Shown here piece by piece: positions 13,280-27,051 of a stretch of DNA of 64,000 bases (within the stretch, counting starts at the first letter, position 1; each line of letters begins with the position of its first letter). The DNA comes from Eledone cirrhosa (lineage: Eukaryota): the NCBI GenBank assembly GCA_964016885.1, contig OZ024758.1:32922001-32986000 (forward strand), written 5' to 3'. A program made the translations under genes and the position numbers. The notes under the pieces are model-generated. The model saw only the letters and a list, made by a program, of their open reading frames with translations. It ran no database searches and was not told the DNA's origin.

Positions 13280-13503
13280 AGACTTAGTGTAGAAATTACA
13301 GTTTATACTGGAATATAAGTCGATCCTGATATAAGCCAACTCCTCTATCTTATGTCTGAGAAATAGGTGAAAATCCAAACCCCATTTATAAGCTGAGGTA
13401 GTTAACCAACACATTGTCTAGATAGTGTATATAAGCCAACCTCCCATTTTACCAGCGATTTATTGGTCACATATTCTTTGGCTTATATTCGAGTATATAC
13501 AGT
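13280..13503. mobile_element. Tc1/mariner-pogo type MITE
   Basis: Imperfect TIRs TATACTGGAATATAAG..CTTATATTCGAGTATA. A related copy lies at ~40692-40897. Confidence 0.55.
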
Positions 13504-13730
13504 AGTACATTCTGTAAAGTGGTTGTTTGGTAAAAGGGAAGCTGCTTATATGTTACCTAATCAACACATTGTTTACCTGGTGCATATGAGCCAACCTCCT
13601 ATTTTACCAGTGATTTATTTTAAAGTATGAACTTCTCTTGTAATTTTTGTTACATTCATGATTAGGATATTTATCAGCAAAAACTTGCAATACGTGCTAT
13701 CTCATTAGCAATATACTTTGCTGTCAACTT

Positions 13731-13932
13731 ATGAGGGTAGGCTAAAAAGTTCATAGGCTGACTATGAAGGAGTAATGCTAGAACTGTGAAACCTTGCATG
13801 CATTAATTTCAACTGTTATTATCAATAATTGCACTGTTTCTTTCCAGGGACTATGTTGAAAAATAAACCTCATATAGTCATTCAAAGACAATATCTTGAT
13901 CAGCCTATGAACCTTTCAGCCGAACCATGTAC
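13731..13932. mobile_element. mariner-like MITE
   Basis: TIRs GGCTAAAAAGTTCATAGGCTGA / TCAGCCTATGAACCTTTCAGCC with TA flanks. A partial copy lies at ~44735-44830. Confidence 0.6.
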
Positions 13933-14408
13933 TCTGCTGGTATAAATAGTTCAATTGTTAGTACAACTGGCAATTTGTCTTTTTATTTCTATCTTCTAAA
14001 ATGTGAAATGATTTCAAATATATCTTAAAAGCTAACATTGAACACTATCCAGAAAGCATTGAACACTATCCAGAGGAAGTGACTTGGAGAATAAAATGGA
14101 ATTTATAGTTTGAAACCATCATCATCTTCATTGTTATGTCTGCTATTCATAAAGGTATTGATTGAATTGTCATTATGGCATCAACAAAATAGGTTTACTC
14201 CATATTCATAAATTCTTCCTATTACACATTGTTTGTTAGGTTAATAAGTACTGATCATTATATCATGAATTCAAACCTTGTTGTTATGGTGATGTTAAAT
14301 TCTCAATAAAAAAAAAACCTTTAGACAGACTGACTAGAAATAGTTCCTATTCTTACAGGATGTTTGAGTGGTTAGCAATAGGAAAGACAGCATGAAAAAT
14401 ATCCCTAA

Positions 14409-15025
14409 CATCATCATCATCGTTTAACGTCCATCTTCCACTCTAGCATGGGTTAGATGGATTTCTCCCATTTCGAGACAAGTTGGGTCAGGTGACCATG
14501 TCTCGTTCATATAGAACTGTTTCTGGCTGGTGTTCTACAGCTGGAGGCCCTTCCTAACGCCAACCACTTTACAGTGTGGGCTGGGTGCTTTTTGTCATGT
14601 CTCCTACATGACACTTTACAGTGTGGGCTGGATGTTTTGCAGTACCAACATAATATATATATCATCATCATCATCGTTTAACATCCATCTTCCACGCTTG
14701 CATGGGTTTGGACGGGAGTTTTCCCACTTGAGGCAAGATTGGTTGTCCTGCTCGTATATGACTGTCTGGCGGGTTTTCTATGGCTGGATGCCCTTCCTAA
14801 CACCAACCATGTTTACAGTGTGGGACTGGGAGGTTTTTACTGTGTTACCTACACGGCCACATTACAGATTGGACTGTGTGTTTTTTTGTCGTGACACCTA
14901 CATGACCTCATTTGTTTCAGACTGGATGTTGTGGTACCAACATAACTTCACATTTAAGGGGGTGGTGTGGATGGGGTGGGGGTAGTGGGACGGGGGGTGT
15001 ATTTTGTTAGAGGTGCCTACTGACT
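14409..15025 (-). mobile_element. Two RTE 3'-UTR / tail fragments
   Basis: Reverse complement of the 3' UTR seen at 32400-32890, with (CAT)n tails on the + strand. Confidence 0.75.
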
Positions 15026-15052
15026 GTATATATATATATGCATATAAAATAT

Positions 15053-15582
15053 TTTAACCTTTTTGTTATCATATTTTTAATTAAAGATTCTATTTCAATT
15101 AATTAATTAAGAATTCTGAGGGATTTAATAAAATTATCAATTACTTCATATGAATTTTATATAAAATTATGTTAGAAAATTTTAATTTAAATAGGAACCA
15201 TTTAACCCTTTACCGTTTAAACTGGCTAAAGCCAGAATTTTCTCACCTCTTTCTGTTCAAACCGGCTGAAGCTGGTCACTTATAATTATTTAAGGTATTG
15301 TTCTCAAAATAAATAACATCAAAATCTCATAGATTTGATATTATGTGAGATAATTATGTAAGATAAAGCCTTTACCGCGAAAATACAGTAGTATATATAA
15401 AATAATGTAAAGGGTATGTGAGGTAAAGCCTTTACTGTGAAAATACAATAGTATATATAGAGTAATGTAAATGTTATGTGAGGTAAAGCCTTTACTCTAT
15501 ATATACAGTAGTATATATAAAGTAATGTAAAGGGTAAAGGGTTAAAATGGATGGTTTTTGTTTCATAGCACAAGAGGGTTAA
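15053..15582. mobile_element. piggyBac-type MITE family 2 with a nested family-1 MITE (15202-15545)
   Basis: Outer TTAACCTTTTTG...CAAGAGGGTTAA termini. The inner MITE has TTAA flanks and a triplicated ~60-bp internal unit. Confidence 0.6.
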
Positions 15583-15789
15583 TTTACAAAGATGAAAGTA
15601 TAATAGTATTAAAAAAAGGGTCTAACAGAAAAAATAACACACCATATTTATTTTTTTCTTTATCATATGATATTCTGTAATATCAAATATTCATACATTA
15701 ATATTATATAACGTTCCTCTTCCAATAATATCATAAACTCTTAAGTATAATAAATATATCAAATAAAATGAAAAGCCAAAATAATAAAA

Positions 15790-15860
<71 letters not shown>

Positions 15861-16597
15861 ATACAACACTTGGTAAATAATTGATATAAAACAGGTAGAC
15901 AACGTTTTTATCTATAGTTATAGAATTAGATCCTAAAATCTTTAAGCCAGTCAAATAAATTTAAAAATGTAAGGTAAATATATTTTTTAATGTATTCCTC
16001 AAAAGAAAACAAGCATTAAAAGGAATTTAGAGTGTTTTATATTTTATTTACTATCAGAAGATCTCTATTTCATTTCTAAAAATGTTTGAAGTAAATCAAT
16101 GGAAAATAAAACTCTTACACGGAAATGTTTGCTAAGAAACAACAGTAATTCTAAGCTAGCTATAATATATGAAGATAGTAAACAAATACAGAGGAAGGGT
16201 CAAATTGAAATTTGACAAAAACAAACAAACAAACAAGTATTCTACTTAGCAACAGTGAGATATTAAAATAAAATGTCTTGTCAAAAATTTAAGCTCAATC
16301 TCCCTTATCTCATATATTGATTGTTGTTCTAAAGAAAGTTCTAGATATACTTTAATCAATTAAAGAGACATCAGCAACAACCTTGGCTCAGTTATTAGCA
16401 TACATATAGAGTTTTTCCTAATCTAATAAATTGTCATGCATTTTTTATCCTCATTTATTTAGTATATCAAAATATTAGACTTATTTGTTTATTTTAGTTG
16501 TCCACAAATACACCACTATGCTACCATTACACCAACACATCACCTATCCCATTCCATTCAAATTATAAGCTATATTCATTGCAAGTACCATGACAAG

Positions 16598-16870
16598 TAA
16601 GTTTGTTTTGAAACAGCGAGCAAAGTTTGAAATTTAGTAGTAATAGAAGCTTTCTCCGTATTTTTTACTAAAAGATTTTAGCCTGACAGTGGGTTTTAAA
16701 ACCCTCTAAAAACAGAAAAGGATGAGTATTGACGTGCATATACTCATCATTTTCCATTTAGAGGGTTTTAAACTCCACTATCAGGCTAAAATTTCTTTAC
16801 TCAAAAATACGACAAAAGCTTCTATTTCTACTAAATTTCAAACTTTGCTTGCCGTTTCAAAACAAACTTA
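16598..16870. repeat. Near-perfect ~273-bp palindrome (hairpin MITE-like)
   Basis: TAAGTTTGTTTTGAAAC...GATGAGTAT-tgacgtgcat-ATACTCATC...GTTTCAAAACAAACTTA. The arms pair along their whole length. Confidence 0.85.
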
Positions 16871-19800
16871 ATATAATAAGACATTTCCATTTTCAAATTC
16901 CCACTGGTTATTAATTATAACTAGGTGACCCTCCCCACTGGTTCCTCACCACCACCCCCTCCAACAGATCTATACTTTATTACCTCAAACCTTTGCAATA
17001 AACTATAAGCATGACATAAGTTTCCCGTTTAACTTTAAAAGGGGATTGCCTCCCCTTTTCCCCCCTTGTATGTGTGACAGACAGACAGAGAAACAGCTTT
17101 TCTTTCATAACATAGATATAGCACCACAACAAAACAACCCAGTCCACTCTGAAAGATTGTAGTATCAGAGTCGCAATAAAATACTTCCAGTATATGCTGT
17201 AAAGTGGTTCCCATAAGGAAGGGCATCCAGCTGTAGAAACCAAGCCAAACATGGAATACATATGTAAGATATTGTTACCTAGCTTATTTAACATTAGAAT
17301 GTGACAACCTGTCTAACTCATACAAGAAACGAAAATAGACACGAAACAGTGATGATGATAATATTATACAACCAATCAAAAATTATAACAACTTATTAAA
17401 AATAGAATTTATGAATTTAAAACATTCAACCAGTGTGTAGATTCTTGTTGCAGTGTTTCAGCAAGTTGTTAATAAATTTATCAATGACAATAATCTTAAT
17501 GATACCTCTTCAGGTTTGGATGATTTTTAAAAATTTGTAGTGAAATAAAATCAGAGCATGGAATGAAATTTCTTCATTTAAACAAAAATAAATCTAAATT
17601 GAATCTAACATCTAATAATTTCTTAGGCTATCAAATTTCACATCCTGATCTAGAATGACTCTGACCACTTGATAAACTAACTATCTGTATATCCAAATTG
17701 TAAAGAATTACAATGGAAGCTTGAATGTTTTCTACCAAATAGACTTCTTCCTACTGTTTGAAAATTAGGCTGTTAGTTACGATGATTCAGTTCTATTAAA
17801 AATTATAATAGATAGTAGGGGCCATTATCAATGATGATTGTCCTTTTACTATTTGGAATAGATCTAGTGATGAAAATGTTGCTGCAAAGTGACCTGTAAC
17901 ATTTTTCTCGAGGTCCTTAGATAATTCTTGAGGGGGTGGATCATCATCATCAACTTTTAATGTCCATTTTCCGCACTGAGAGAATGGAAACATTTCTCCA
18001 AGAAACATTTTAATTTAGTAAGAGATTAAAGATGTAATAAAAGATGTAATTCACTTACGTTTGACAATAAAAGCCAGAGAACAATAATTTTTTTTTAACC
18101 CTGAAGCATTAAACTGGCCATATCCAGCCAGAATTCTCTCACCTCTTTTTGTCAAACTGACTGTTACTGACCATTCATACTGATGTTAAGGTATTGTTCT
18201 CAAAATAAATAATATCAAAATCTCATAGTTTTGATATTATGTGAGATAAGGCCTTTTCCATGAAAACACGATAGTAAATATAGAGTAATGTAAATGGTAA
18301 AGGGTTTATGAAATTTTACACTAAAGGATCAAACCTTCCCTTCTCTCAGTCTATAAACTATAGACATGGCTTGGTATTTGTGTTACTACTTTGACAACTA
18401 TAAATTTAGAATTACTATACAGTTCCTTAGTACACTCTACAATAAGAAGTATGCCTCATTTCATTAAATACTGTAACCTACCACTTTCTGTCAAAGAATT
18501 ACCACAAGTCTGTCTCTACCAATTGCCAGAAAGAGATTATTTTTAAGGCAGGATCAATTAGATTGTTTATCAACCAAGAGTATAGTAATGCCACTTATGG
18601 ATTACATAATTAATTTATTATCTTAAACATCAACTTATATAATACCTTCACACTAAAGTAGGACTTTCATTTACTCTTTTATCATCATCGTTTTTACGTT
18701 CGTTTTTCCACGCTTGTATGGATTGAATGGGTCCTTCTTAACACAGCATCTCTCCACCCATCGTGTTCCTTCATTATATCTCCTCTGCCAGTTTTAGCAA
18801 TTTGAGGTCAGCTCTCACAACCTCTGCCCAGGTCTTTCTTAGTCTTCCCTTTACTCTTTCTTATAAATGATTTCGTTGATCAATATGTAATACAATTAAT
18901 GAAGAAAATATTCCGATAGAAATTAAAGAAAAAATAAACAAAATTCCCAACAATATTATGGTTAAAAAGTTATTTCCAAAGGCTGTATTATATTTCCACT
19001 TTAGTAGTCGACAACAAGAGAAGAATTCCCAAGGTTACAGTTTTAGCTTTAGATGTTTAACTTAATTGCATACATTCTATTTACCCTTGTGTGATATATT
19101 CTCATTATAAACAATGAAATAATGAACCCAGCATGTAATGAAAACATGATAATTAAATTTCTTTTTGTGGTAAATAAATAACAACACAAAAAGCTATCTG
19201 ACATTTATCACTGATGAAAAACACTACTCAATATATTAGATATCACTTCTTCACAAGGCACATAATTATTCCCGGCATTTGTTTTACAAAGTTAGAAATT
19301 TATTTTTGATATATAAATAAAAATAATGAAGATGGTGTAAAGGAAACTTAAAAGCTAAGTTTTTGAGAATGACGTGGCTATGATACTCTGTGACAGGCCT
19401 GTCTAAACTGACAAGAAGATCAAAGAGAACAGTTATAATATAAAAACCAAAGACAAGAAAAGATGTATTCTTATTAACATCTAAATCTCTTGTGACCAAA
19501 TATATCCTAGAAAGAAGTTGAAAAAGTTATCAAAGGACCTTGAAATTGATTTAAGTAAGATGGAAATCATTAACTGAGTATGATTAAAAGAACATGCAAA
19601 AATATATATTGAAATATATATTGAAATATATACCAGGGATCAACTTTACATACAATCCTCAGAAGAGTTATATTTGTCATAGCATATATTTTACATTTTC
19701 AATTTAATAACACACACATACACTCTCTCACAGATTACAGAACACACTCACTACACAATCACCATTAACATTATAAAGTACCAGTAATGCACTGGGATAA

Positions 19801-20599
19801 TTGCTGGCCTTGTGCCAAAAGTAGAAACCATTAACATTATAAAATGCTTTCGCAACAAAATAGAGCAACATTAAAATAACATAAACAACAACATTCTACA
19901 ATACAGTAAATTATGTTTGTGAGACAAATAGATGTATCACAAGCACTTTTATGTTCTTCACAAAAAACGATAATTATTTCTATTTTTGGCACAAGGCCAG
20001 CAATTTCCCTAGTGCATTACTGGTACTTTATTTTATCGACCCCATAAGGATGAAAGGCAAAGCTAACCTTGGTGGGATTTGAACTCAGAATGTAAAGTGA
20101 CATAACTCTATGCTGCAAAGCATGATGTCTGATGCTCTACCAATACTGCCAATCCACCACCCTTCCCCCAAAACAATAATACATATATCTCAGGAAAACT
20201 GGTATGCGAAGCAATAGAGCACAAACCTATTTGGTCTCTGCACTTTTAGTTCAAATACTGCTGAGATCAACTCTGTTTGTCATTCTTTTGAGGTCAATAA
20301 AACAGTGTACTAATCCAAAGCAGAATAGTTACACCATTGGAGGAGATGGTATGTGCTGTAAGTTCAAATCTTGCTGTGGCTTGCTTTGGTAGTAGATTTA
20401 ATTTATAACCAGGTTAAAACAGCAACACATGGCTTTTGATACTATTAACAGAGTCCTCTCTCTGTTGCAAGCATTTCAGTCAGTTTCAGTCTTTGGTTTG
20501 AGAACATTACAGAGGCCTTGAAAAGGGCCATGGGTGCTGACCTTTCTTCCCAAAATAAAGGGCCATGGGTGCTGACCTTTCTTCCCAGAATAAACAGGA

Positions 20600-20910
20600 A
20601 GGAAAAAATATGCATGCGAAACAGAGATAAATAAAATAAATAAATAAAATAGAATAAGTAAATATTACAATACAATGGGAGCAAACATAATAGTATAACA
20701 GATGATGTCACAGGTGTGTGACGAAAGAATTCTGGGAGACTATATCTATATTTTTACCTGGTGGTCAATCAATGATAAACATTGATTGCCAGCTAAATTA
20801 ACTATAGGAATATAAAATATACTGAAGCGAAAACCAACCCAAACCAAACAGTGTGTTTTATTATATATTTCTGGTAATATTATAACATGACCCTCTCCAA
20901 ATATAACAAA
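20600..20910 (-). repeat. Unclassified interspersed repeat
   Basis: Reverse complement of 33105-33420. The terminus (TATAYTTRGGAG.GTCATRTTG) is also seen at 32893 and 57630-57753. Confidence 0.6.
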
Positions 20911-20933
20911 AAAAATTGAAACCGGTGAAAACA

Positions 20934-21147
20934 CATCATCATCATCATCATGGTGGTGATGATGGTGGTGGTGGTGATGGTGATGGCGATGGTGGTGGTG
21001 ATGGTGATGGTGGTGATGATGGTGGTGGTGGTGGTGGTGGTGATGATGGTGGTGGTGATGGCGATGGTGGTGGTGATGGTGATGGTGATGGTGGTGGTGA
21101 TGGTGATGATGGTCGTGGTGATGGTGGTGGTGATAACAATGATGACA
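20934..21147. repeat. (CAT)n/(GGT,GAT)n trinucleotide microsatellite
   Basis: Direct inspection. Confidence 0.9.
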
Positions 21148-21737
21148 TTATATAATTGCCTCTCTCTCTGTACATATGATTTTACATCTGCTATGCCAAG
21201 CTAATATTATATGAATAGAAATTGTTTCACTTGTTTTCTCTATTATCTCCTACACCCCCTCCCCCATTCTGTCTACCATCGTTTCTTTCATAGACAGGTC
21301 ATATTTACCTAGATTCAAATTTCCCCCTTTACTCATGTTACTATCAAGTATAAAAACACTCATCGTAACTGAGATTAACAGTTATAATTTCAGGAAAAAA
21401 ACACATATATTTGAATTGCTTCCAAGTCTTCAACATTTATTGGCAAGTGTGTTCTAAGCATTTTTGATGCATGCATTACTTACGATTACATATAAGCCAT
21501 TGTTTTGGGGAAGAGGGGTTCTTTCTTTTCTTTCTTTTTGGGGTGGGGGGTGGGGGTTAGCTGGCATGAGAAAAACATTCTCAAAGACTCTCTAAAACAA
21601 CATTATCTGAGATGTTCATTACCGCTTTGAATATTAACTATATTCATCGTAATTCTCTGATTTCACATCTTGTTTTAAATTTCAAATATCTATTTTATCA
21701 TTGGTATAATAATATATGGATTAATAGCTAAACAGAT

Positions 21738-22009
21738 CATCATCATCAGGTCGAGCTTGCTCGGCTTTCTACGACACGTTTCCTCCATCCATCTCTGTCT
21801 CTCATAGCGTTTGCCAGTTCTTCCGCAGTGCATCCAGTATCGTTCCCAAGTTGCTTGACGTATGTCTTCTTGGGATGACCAGCGTTTCTTGCTCCATGAG
21901 ATGGACTACATAACAACATATCACCTGCTATTTCTTCCTTGCTGCACCAACAGGGGCCAGCAAATCTGAGTCTCTGTTTACATATTGACCTGCTGATAGG
22001 TGGTATATT
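21738..22009 (-). mobile_element. 5'-truncated RTE-clade LINE (second lineage) with 11-bp TSD
   Basis: The minus strand reads ...RLRFAGPCWCSKEEIAGDMLL...KKTYVKQLGNDTG...AMRDRDGWRKRV, followed by a (TGA)n tail. TSD GCTAAACAGAT at 21727-21737 and 22010-22020. Confidence 0.8.
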
Positions 22010-22404
22010 GCTAAACAGATAAAAGTGCTTTACTCTGAATTTTGCAAGGTTATGCGATCTAACTGGACAAGCAGCAATGAATATGGGGTATATCAAAAAT
22101 TCTATATTTCAAAAAGCTATATTTTTTAAACAAATGACCATATAATCATGTGGTGACTTGTACAATACATGTCTGAATATAAAATTTTGTTTTTTTTTAT
22201 AACTTTTTATAAAGTTTATAAAGTTTATAATGTTTATAAAGTTTATAATGTTTATAAAGTTATTTACGTAGTGAACATTTGTAAAAATTGTAAATAAAAT
22301 CAGATGATTCTGTTTGATACATCCTGTATTTAGTGAATTTAAAAACTTTCACATCGTAAAAGATAAACCAAAATCTTATAAAGCTTGATTTTGGCACACA
22401 TTCA

Positions 22405-22788
22405 TTAACCCTTTCATTACCATATTTCTAATGAAAGACACTGCCTATGTCTTTAACCCTTACATTACCATATCTCTAATGAAAGACACTGTCTATGTCA
22501 TTAACCCTTTCAATGCCAGATTTCTAATGAAAGACACTGTCTATGTCTTTAACCCATCCATTACCATATTTCTAATGAAAGATACTGTCTATGTCATTAA
22601 CCCTTTCATTACAATATTTCTAATGAAAGACACTGTCTATGTCATTAACCCTTTCATTACCATATTTCTAATGAAAGACACTGTCTATGTCTTTAACCCT
22701 TACATTACCATATTTCTAATGAAAGACACTGTCTATGTCATAAACCCTTCCATTACCATATTTCTAATGAAAGACACTGTCTATATCA
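22405..22788. repeat. 48-bp x 8 tandem array derived from a piggyBac-type MITE end
   Basis: The unit TTAACCCTTTCATTACCATATTTCTAATGAAAGACACTGTCTATGTC(A/T) resembles the reverse complement of the MITE terminus at 34375-34421. Confidence 0.85.
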
Positions 22789-24290
22789 TAAATTGCTACA
22801 AAGGTAAAGGGGATGCTCTGGAGAGGAGCAATTATAGGGGTATAAAACTGATGGATCAGGTTATGAAAGTGGCAGAAAGGATATTAGCACAACTAATTAG
22901 AGAAAGGGTCAAACTAGATGAGATGCAGTTTGGTTTTGTGCCTAGGAAGAGTACAACAGATGCCCTCTTCTTGGTGAGACAATTACAAGAGAGGTTCTTA
23001 GAGAAAAATAAGCTACTATACTTAGCCTTTGTTGACCTAGAGAAGGCCTTTGATAGGGTACCCCGATCTGTGATCTGGTGGTCCCTAAGGAAACTAGGTG
23101 TTGAGGAATGGCTTGTGAGGACAGTGCAAACTTTGTACAGAGGTACTGTCAGTAAAGTCAGGGTAGGAATGGAGTTTAGTGAGGAATTCCAGATACAAGT
23201 AGGAGTACATCAAGGTTTGGTCCTCAGCCCGCTCTTGTTTATTATAGTCCTCCAAGCCATAACAGAGTTTAAGACTGGCTGTCCATGGGAACTTCTCTGT
23301 GCTGACGATCTGGTTCTTATAGTAGAATCAGTAGAGGAGCTAGAGAATAAATTCTGGCTATGGAAACAGCAGTTGGAAGCAAGAGGACTGAGAGTGAACC
23401 TAGCTAAGACAAAAGTGTTGATGAGTAGAAAAGAGGACAAAACTCTGATTCCGTCAGGGAAATGGCCATGTTCCATATGCAGAAAAGGAACTGGCATAAA
23501 TTCTATAAAATGCACACAATGCAGATCCTGGGTACACAAGAGATGTAGAGGGATAGCAGGGAAACTAACAGGTAGGGAGAAATACGTATGCAGTATAGGG
23601 AAATTAGACAGTAGAAGTCGCATTGATAGACACATTTTTCAAATGCAGGCGGGGGCTATAGAAGTGGTGGATAGCTTCCGGTACTTAGGAGATCAGATTA
23701 GCATGGGAGAGGGGTGTTCCGAGGCCATATTATCTAGAATAAGGATGGGTTGGAAGAAGTTTAGGGAGCTACTTCCTCTGCTGACGAAGAAGGGTTTCTC
23801 CCTGCGTACGAAAGGCCGGTTATATAATGCTTGTGTGAGGAGCGTGATGCTGCATGGTAGTGTGACATGGGCAGCAACTGCAGAGGATATGTGACGGCTG
23901 GAGAGAAATGAGGCAAGCATGCTCCGTTCGATGTGCAATGTCAATGTGCATGAACGACCCAGCATGAATGTGTTGAGAGAGAAACTGTGTCTGAGAGGGA
24001 TAGAATGTAGTGTACGGGAGAGGAGACTGAGGTGGAATGGACATGTGATGCGCATGGAGGATGACCGATGGGTGAAGAAGTGCCAGGAAATGCCAGTTGA
24101 AGGAAGACGTGGTAGAGGTAGACCACGAAAAACATGGGCGGAGGTGGTGAGAACAGACCTCAGATCGCTGAAGCTCACGGTGGAGATGACGAAGAACCGT
24201 GACAAGTGGAGAGATGCTGTGCTGAATAAGACCCGACCCACCCTTGCAAGCAGGGAAAAGTGGACGTAAAATGATGATGATGATGATGAT
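22786..24290 (+). pseudogene. 5'-truncated RTE-clade LINE: RT domain + PHD-like Cys cluster + C-terminus
   Basis: Motifs YRGIKL, QFGF, FVDLEKAFDRV, GVHQG..LSPLLF and LLCADD (YADD mutated), then CSIC..CTQC..WVHKRC. A single in-frame TGA at 23892-23894 splits the ORF, which ends at 24269 and is followed by an (ATG)n tail. Confidence 0.92.
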
Positions 24291-24574
24291 ACTATACATA
24301 TATACATATATATATATACATTTTTTTTTTTTTTTTACGATCGACTTTCGTCAGATCGCACAGAAGAAACAATGTTTCCGTTGGACTTTCCAGTTGCTAA
24401 TACTATCTATCGGTCGCAACTCCAGGTAGAAGGAGCAACATCAAATAAAGTGTCTTGCTCAAGGACATAACGCATCACCCGGTCCAGGAATCGAACTCAC
24501 AAAGATTGTGAATCCAATCCTCTAACTACTCAGCCACACGCCTTCACATATATATATATATATATACATATATA

Positions 24575-26174
24575 TATACAGAGTCCTTCGCTCCATTATC
24601 TGGTGAGCTCTTAGAAAACTAAGTGTAAATGAATAGCTTGTGAGAGCTATACAAGCTATGTATAATGAAACAGTCAGTAAGGTTAGAATTAACAATAAAT
24701 ATTGTGAAGAATTTAGTGTAAAATTTGGCGTTCATCAAGGCTCTGTCCTTAGCCCCCTCCTATTTATTATTGCCCTTCAGGCTATAACAGAGGAGTTCAA
24801 GACCAACTGCTCATGGGAACTCCTATACGCAGATGATCTACCGCTCATAGCTGAATCAATGGCTGAACTAGAAAAGATATTCGAAACCCGGAAGCATGGC
24901 CTAGAATCAAAAGGCACTAAAGTTAACTTGTCTTAGACTAAAGTTCTAGTTTGTAGAAAGAAAAATAGGGCACAGGTGCCCTCAGGGAAATGACCATGCT
25001 CAGTGTGTAGGAAAGGAGTAGGCAGAAATTTCATTTTATGTCCCAAAGATGTAGTGGGATCACAGGTAAATTATCTAAGAACGTAGACTTTATATGTGGC
25101 CGATGCTCAGGTGCAATAAGTAGCAAGTGTCCACAGGATACTAGCTCCTTCTATTTCCCAGAGGGTTCTATAAAAATAGTAGACACTTTCCGTTACCTGG
25201 GTGACGAAATCAGCAGTGGAGGAGGGTGTTCTGAAAGTACAGTAGCTAGAGTTAGAACGGGATGGAAAAAGTTCAAAGAGCTTATACCGCTGTTGTCCAC
25301 AAAAGGTTTCTCTCTCAAAATGAAAGGCGGATTATATGATGCTTGTATACGGACAGCAAAGCTACATGGCAGTGGGACATGGGCATTACGTGCAGAGGAC
25401 CTGCGTAGACTGGAGAGGAACGAAGCATGCATGCTCCGTTGGATGTGTAATAGTAATATACGTGAACAGCAAAGCATAAATGAACTAAGTGAGAAATTAG
25501 GAATAAGAGGGTTCAGATGCTATTTACTTGAGAGAAGACTACGTTGGTATGGCCACGTGATGCGCATGAAAGACGACAGCTGTATAAAAAAGTGCAGGGC
25601 GATCAAAATAGATGGTAATTACGGAGTAGGTAGACCCAGAAAAACCTGGGACGATTTGATAAATTCCGACCTTACACACTTGCACCTCTCTAAGACAATG
25701 TCACTGGACCGAGATCTTTGGCGCTACGCAGGAATACAGAAGACCCGCCTTGCCTATGTACAAAATGAAACCTACAGTCAGTAGGCACCTCTTCACCAAA
25801 TATACACCACAATCCACTACCCCTACCCTATCCTCCCACTCTCACCAACACCACCCTCTCTCTGTAAAGTTGGGACCACAACATCCAGTCCAAATAAATG
25901 AGATGAGATCGAGATCATGTAGGTGTCACGACAAAAAACACACAGTCCACGCTGTAATGTGGCCATGTAGTTAACACGGTAAAAAGTTCCCCTTCCACAC
26001 TGTAAATGTGGTTGGTGTTAGGAAGGGCATCCAGCTGTAGAAAACCTGCCAGATAGTCCTATATGAGCGAGACACGGTCACCCGACCAACCTTGACTCAA
26101 ATTGGAACAACTCTCGTCTAACCCATGCTAGCATGGAAAATGGACGTTAAACGAAGAGGATGATCATGATCATG

Positions 26175-26175
<1 letters not shown>
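24575..26175 (+). pseudogene. 5'-truncated RTE LINE (related subfamily) with long 3' UTR
   Basis: GVHQGSVLSPLLF, LLYADDL, FRYLGD and RRLRWYGHVMR motifs with several stops. The 3' UTR ends in a (GAT)-type tail. Confidence 0.9.
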
Positions 26176-26255
<80 letters not shown>

Positions 26256-26292
26256 CATACATATATATATATATACATACATATATATATAT

Positions 26293-26411
<119 letters not shown>

Positions 26412-27020
26412 TACATACATCTAAGTGTTAGGTTCTTCCCTGTCATTCAGCACATTGAGCAGTAAGTTCTCAGCATATGGCCAGCCAATATTTCATAAGG
26501 CGACCAATTGACAGAGTCCTTAGAATGTCAGATAGAATGCCTCGCGGTATTCATTCTGGCTCTCCGCTCTCTGAGTTTCTACATACATATATATATATAC
26601 ACACATATATATATATGTATGTGTGTGTATGTATATATGTGTGTGTGTGTGTGTGTGTATAACAACTGGAATTAATTTATATGATATGATGTAGTATTAT
26701 TGATAATAATTGAATCAGATAAGCAAGCAAATGTTCGAGGAAAGCACCAAATATATGTAGAATTTGTGTGCACACTTGTATAAGCTGCAAGTCAACTTTG
26801 TCATTAATTTATAAGGAAAACAAGAAACTCAATCATATAACACTGTAAATAACAGTTAACAAGGAACTAGGCAAGCATAAATAGAGGGACATTTGTAACA
26901 ATGATAATAAGAGAACCATCCAGAAACAGGATTTCTTTGTATAATAGAACTTAGCACAAAATAAATAGCAAATTTAATTACTTCTGTACGAATGAAATAA
27001 TAGCTCAGGTGTGAAATGCA

Positions 27021-27051
<31 letters not shown>

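Noticed and set aside
20916-21204. Gly/Asp-rich or Pro/Ser-rich ORFs
   Set aside because: Trinucleotide microsatellite translation.
23892-23894. In-frame TGA in the RTE ORF as selenocysteine or readthrough
   Set aside because: The homologous position is CGT/CGC (Arg) or CAA in other copies, so a CpG-type nonsense mutation is the simpler explanation. I identified no SECIS.
24336-24430. Minus-strand GAAA...CTGACGA as a permuted hammerhead
   Set aside because: The required stems could not be formed.
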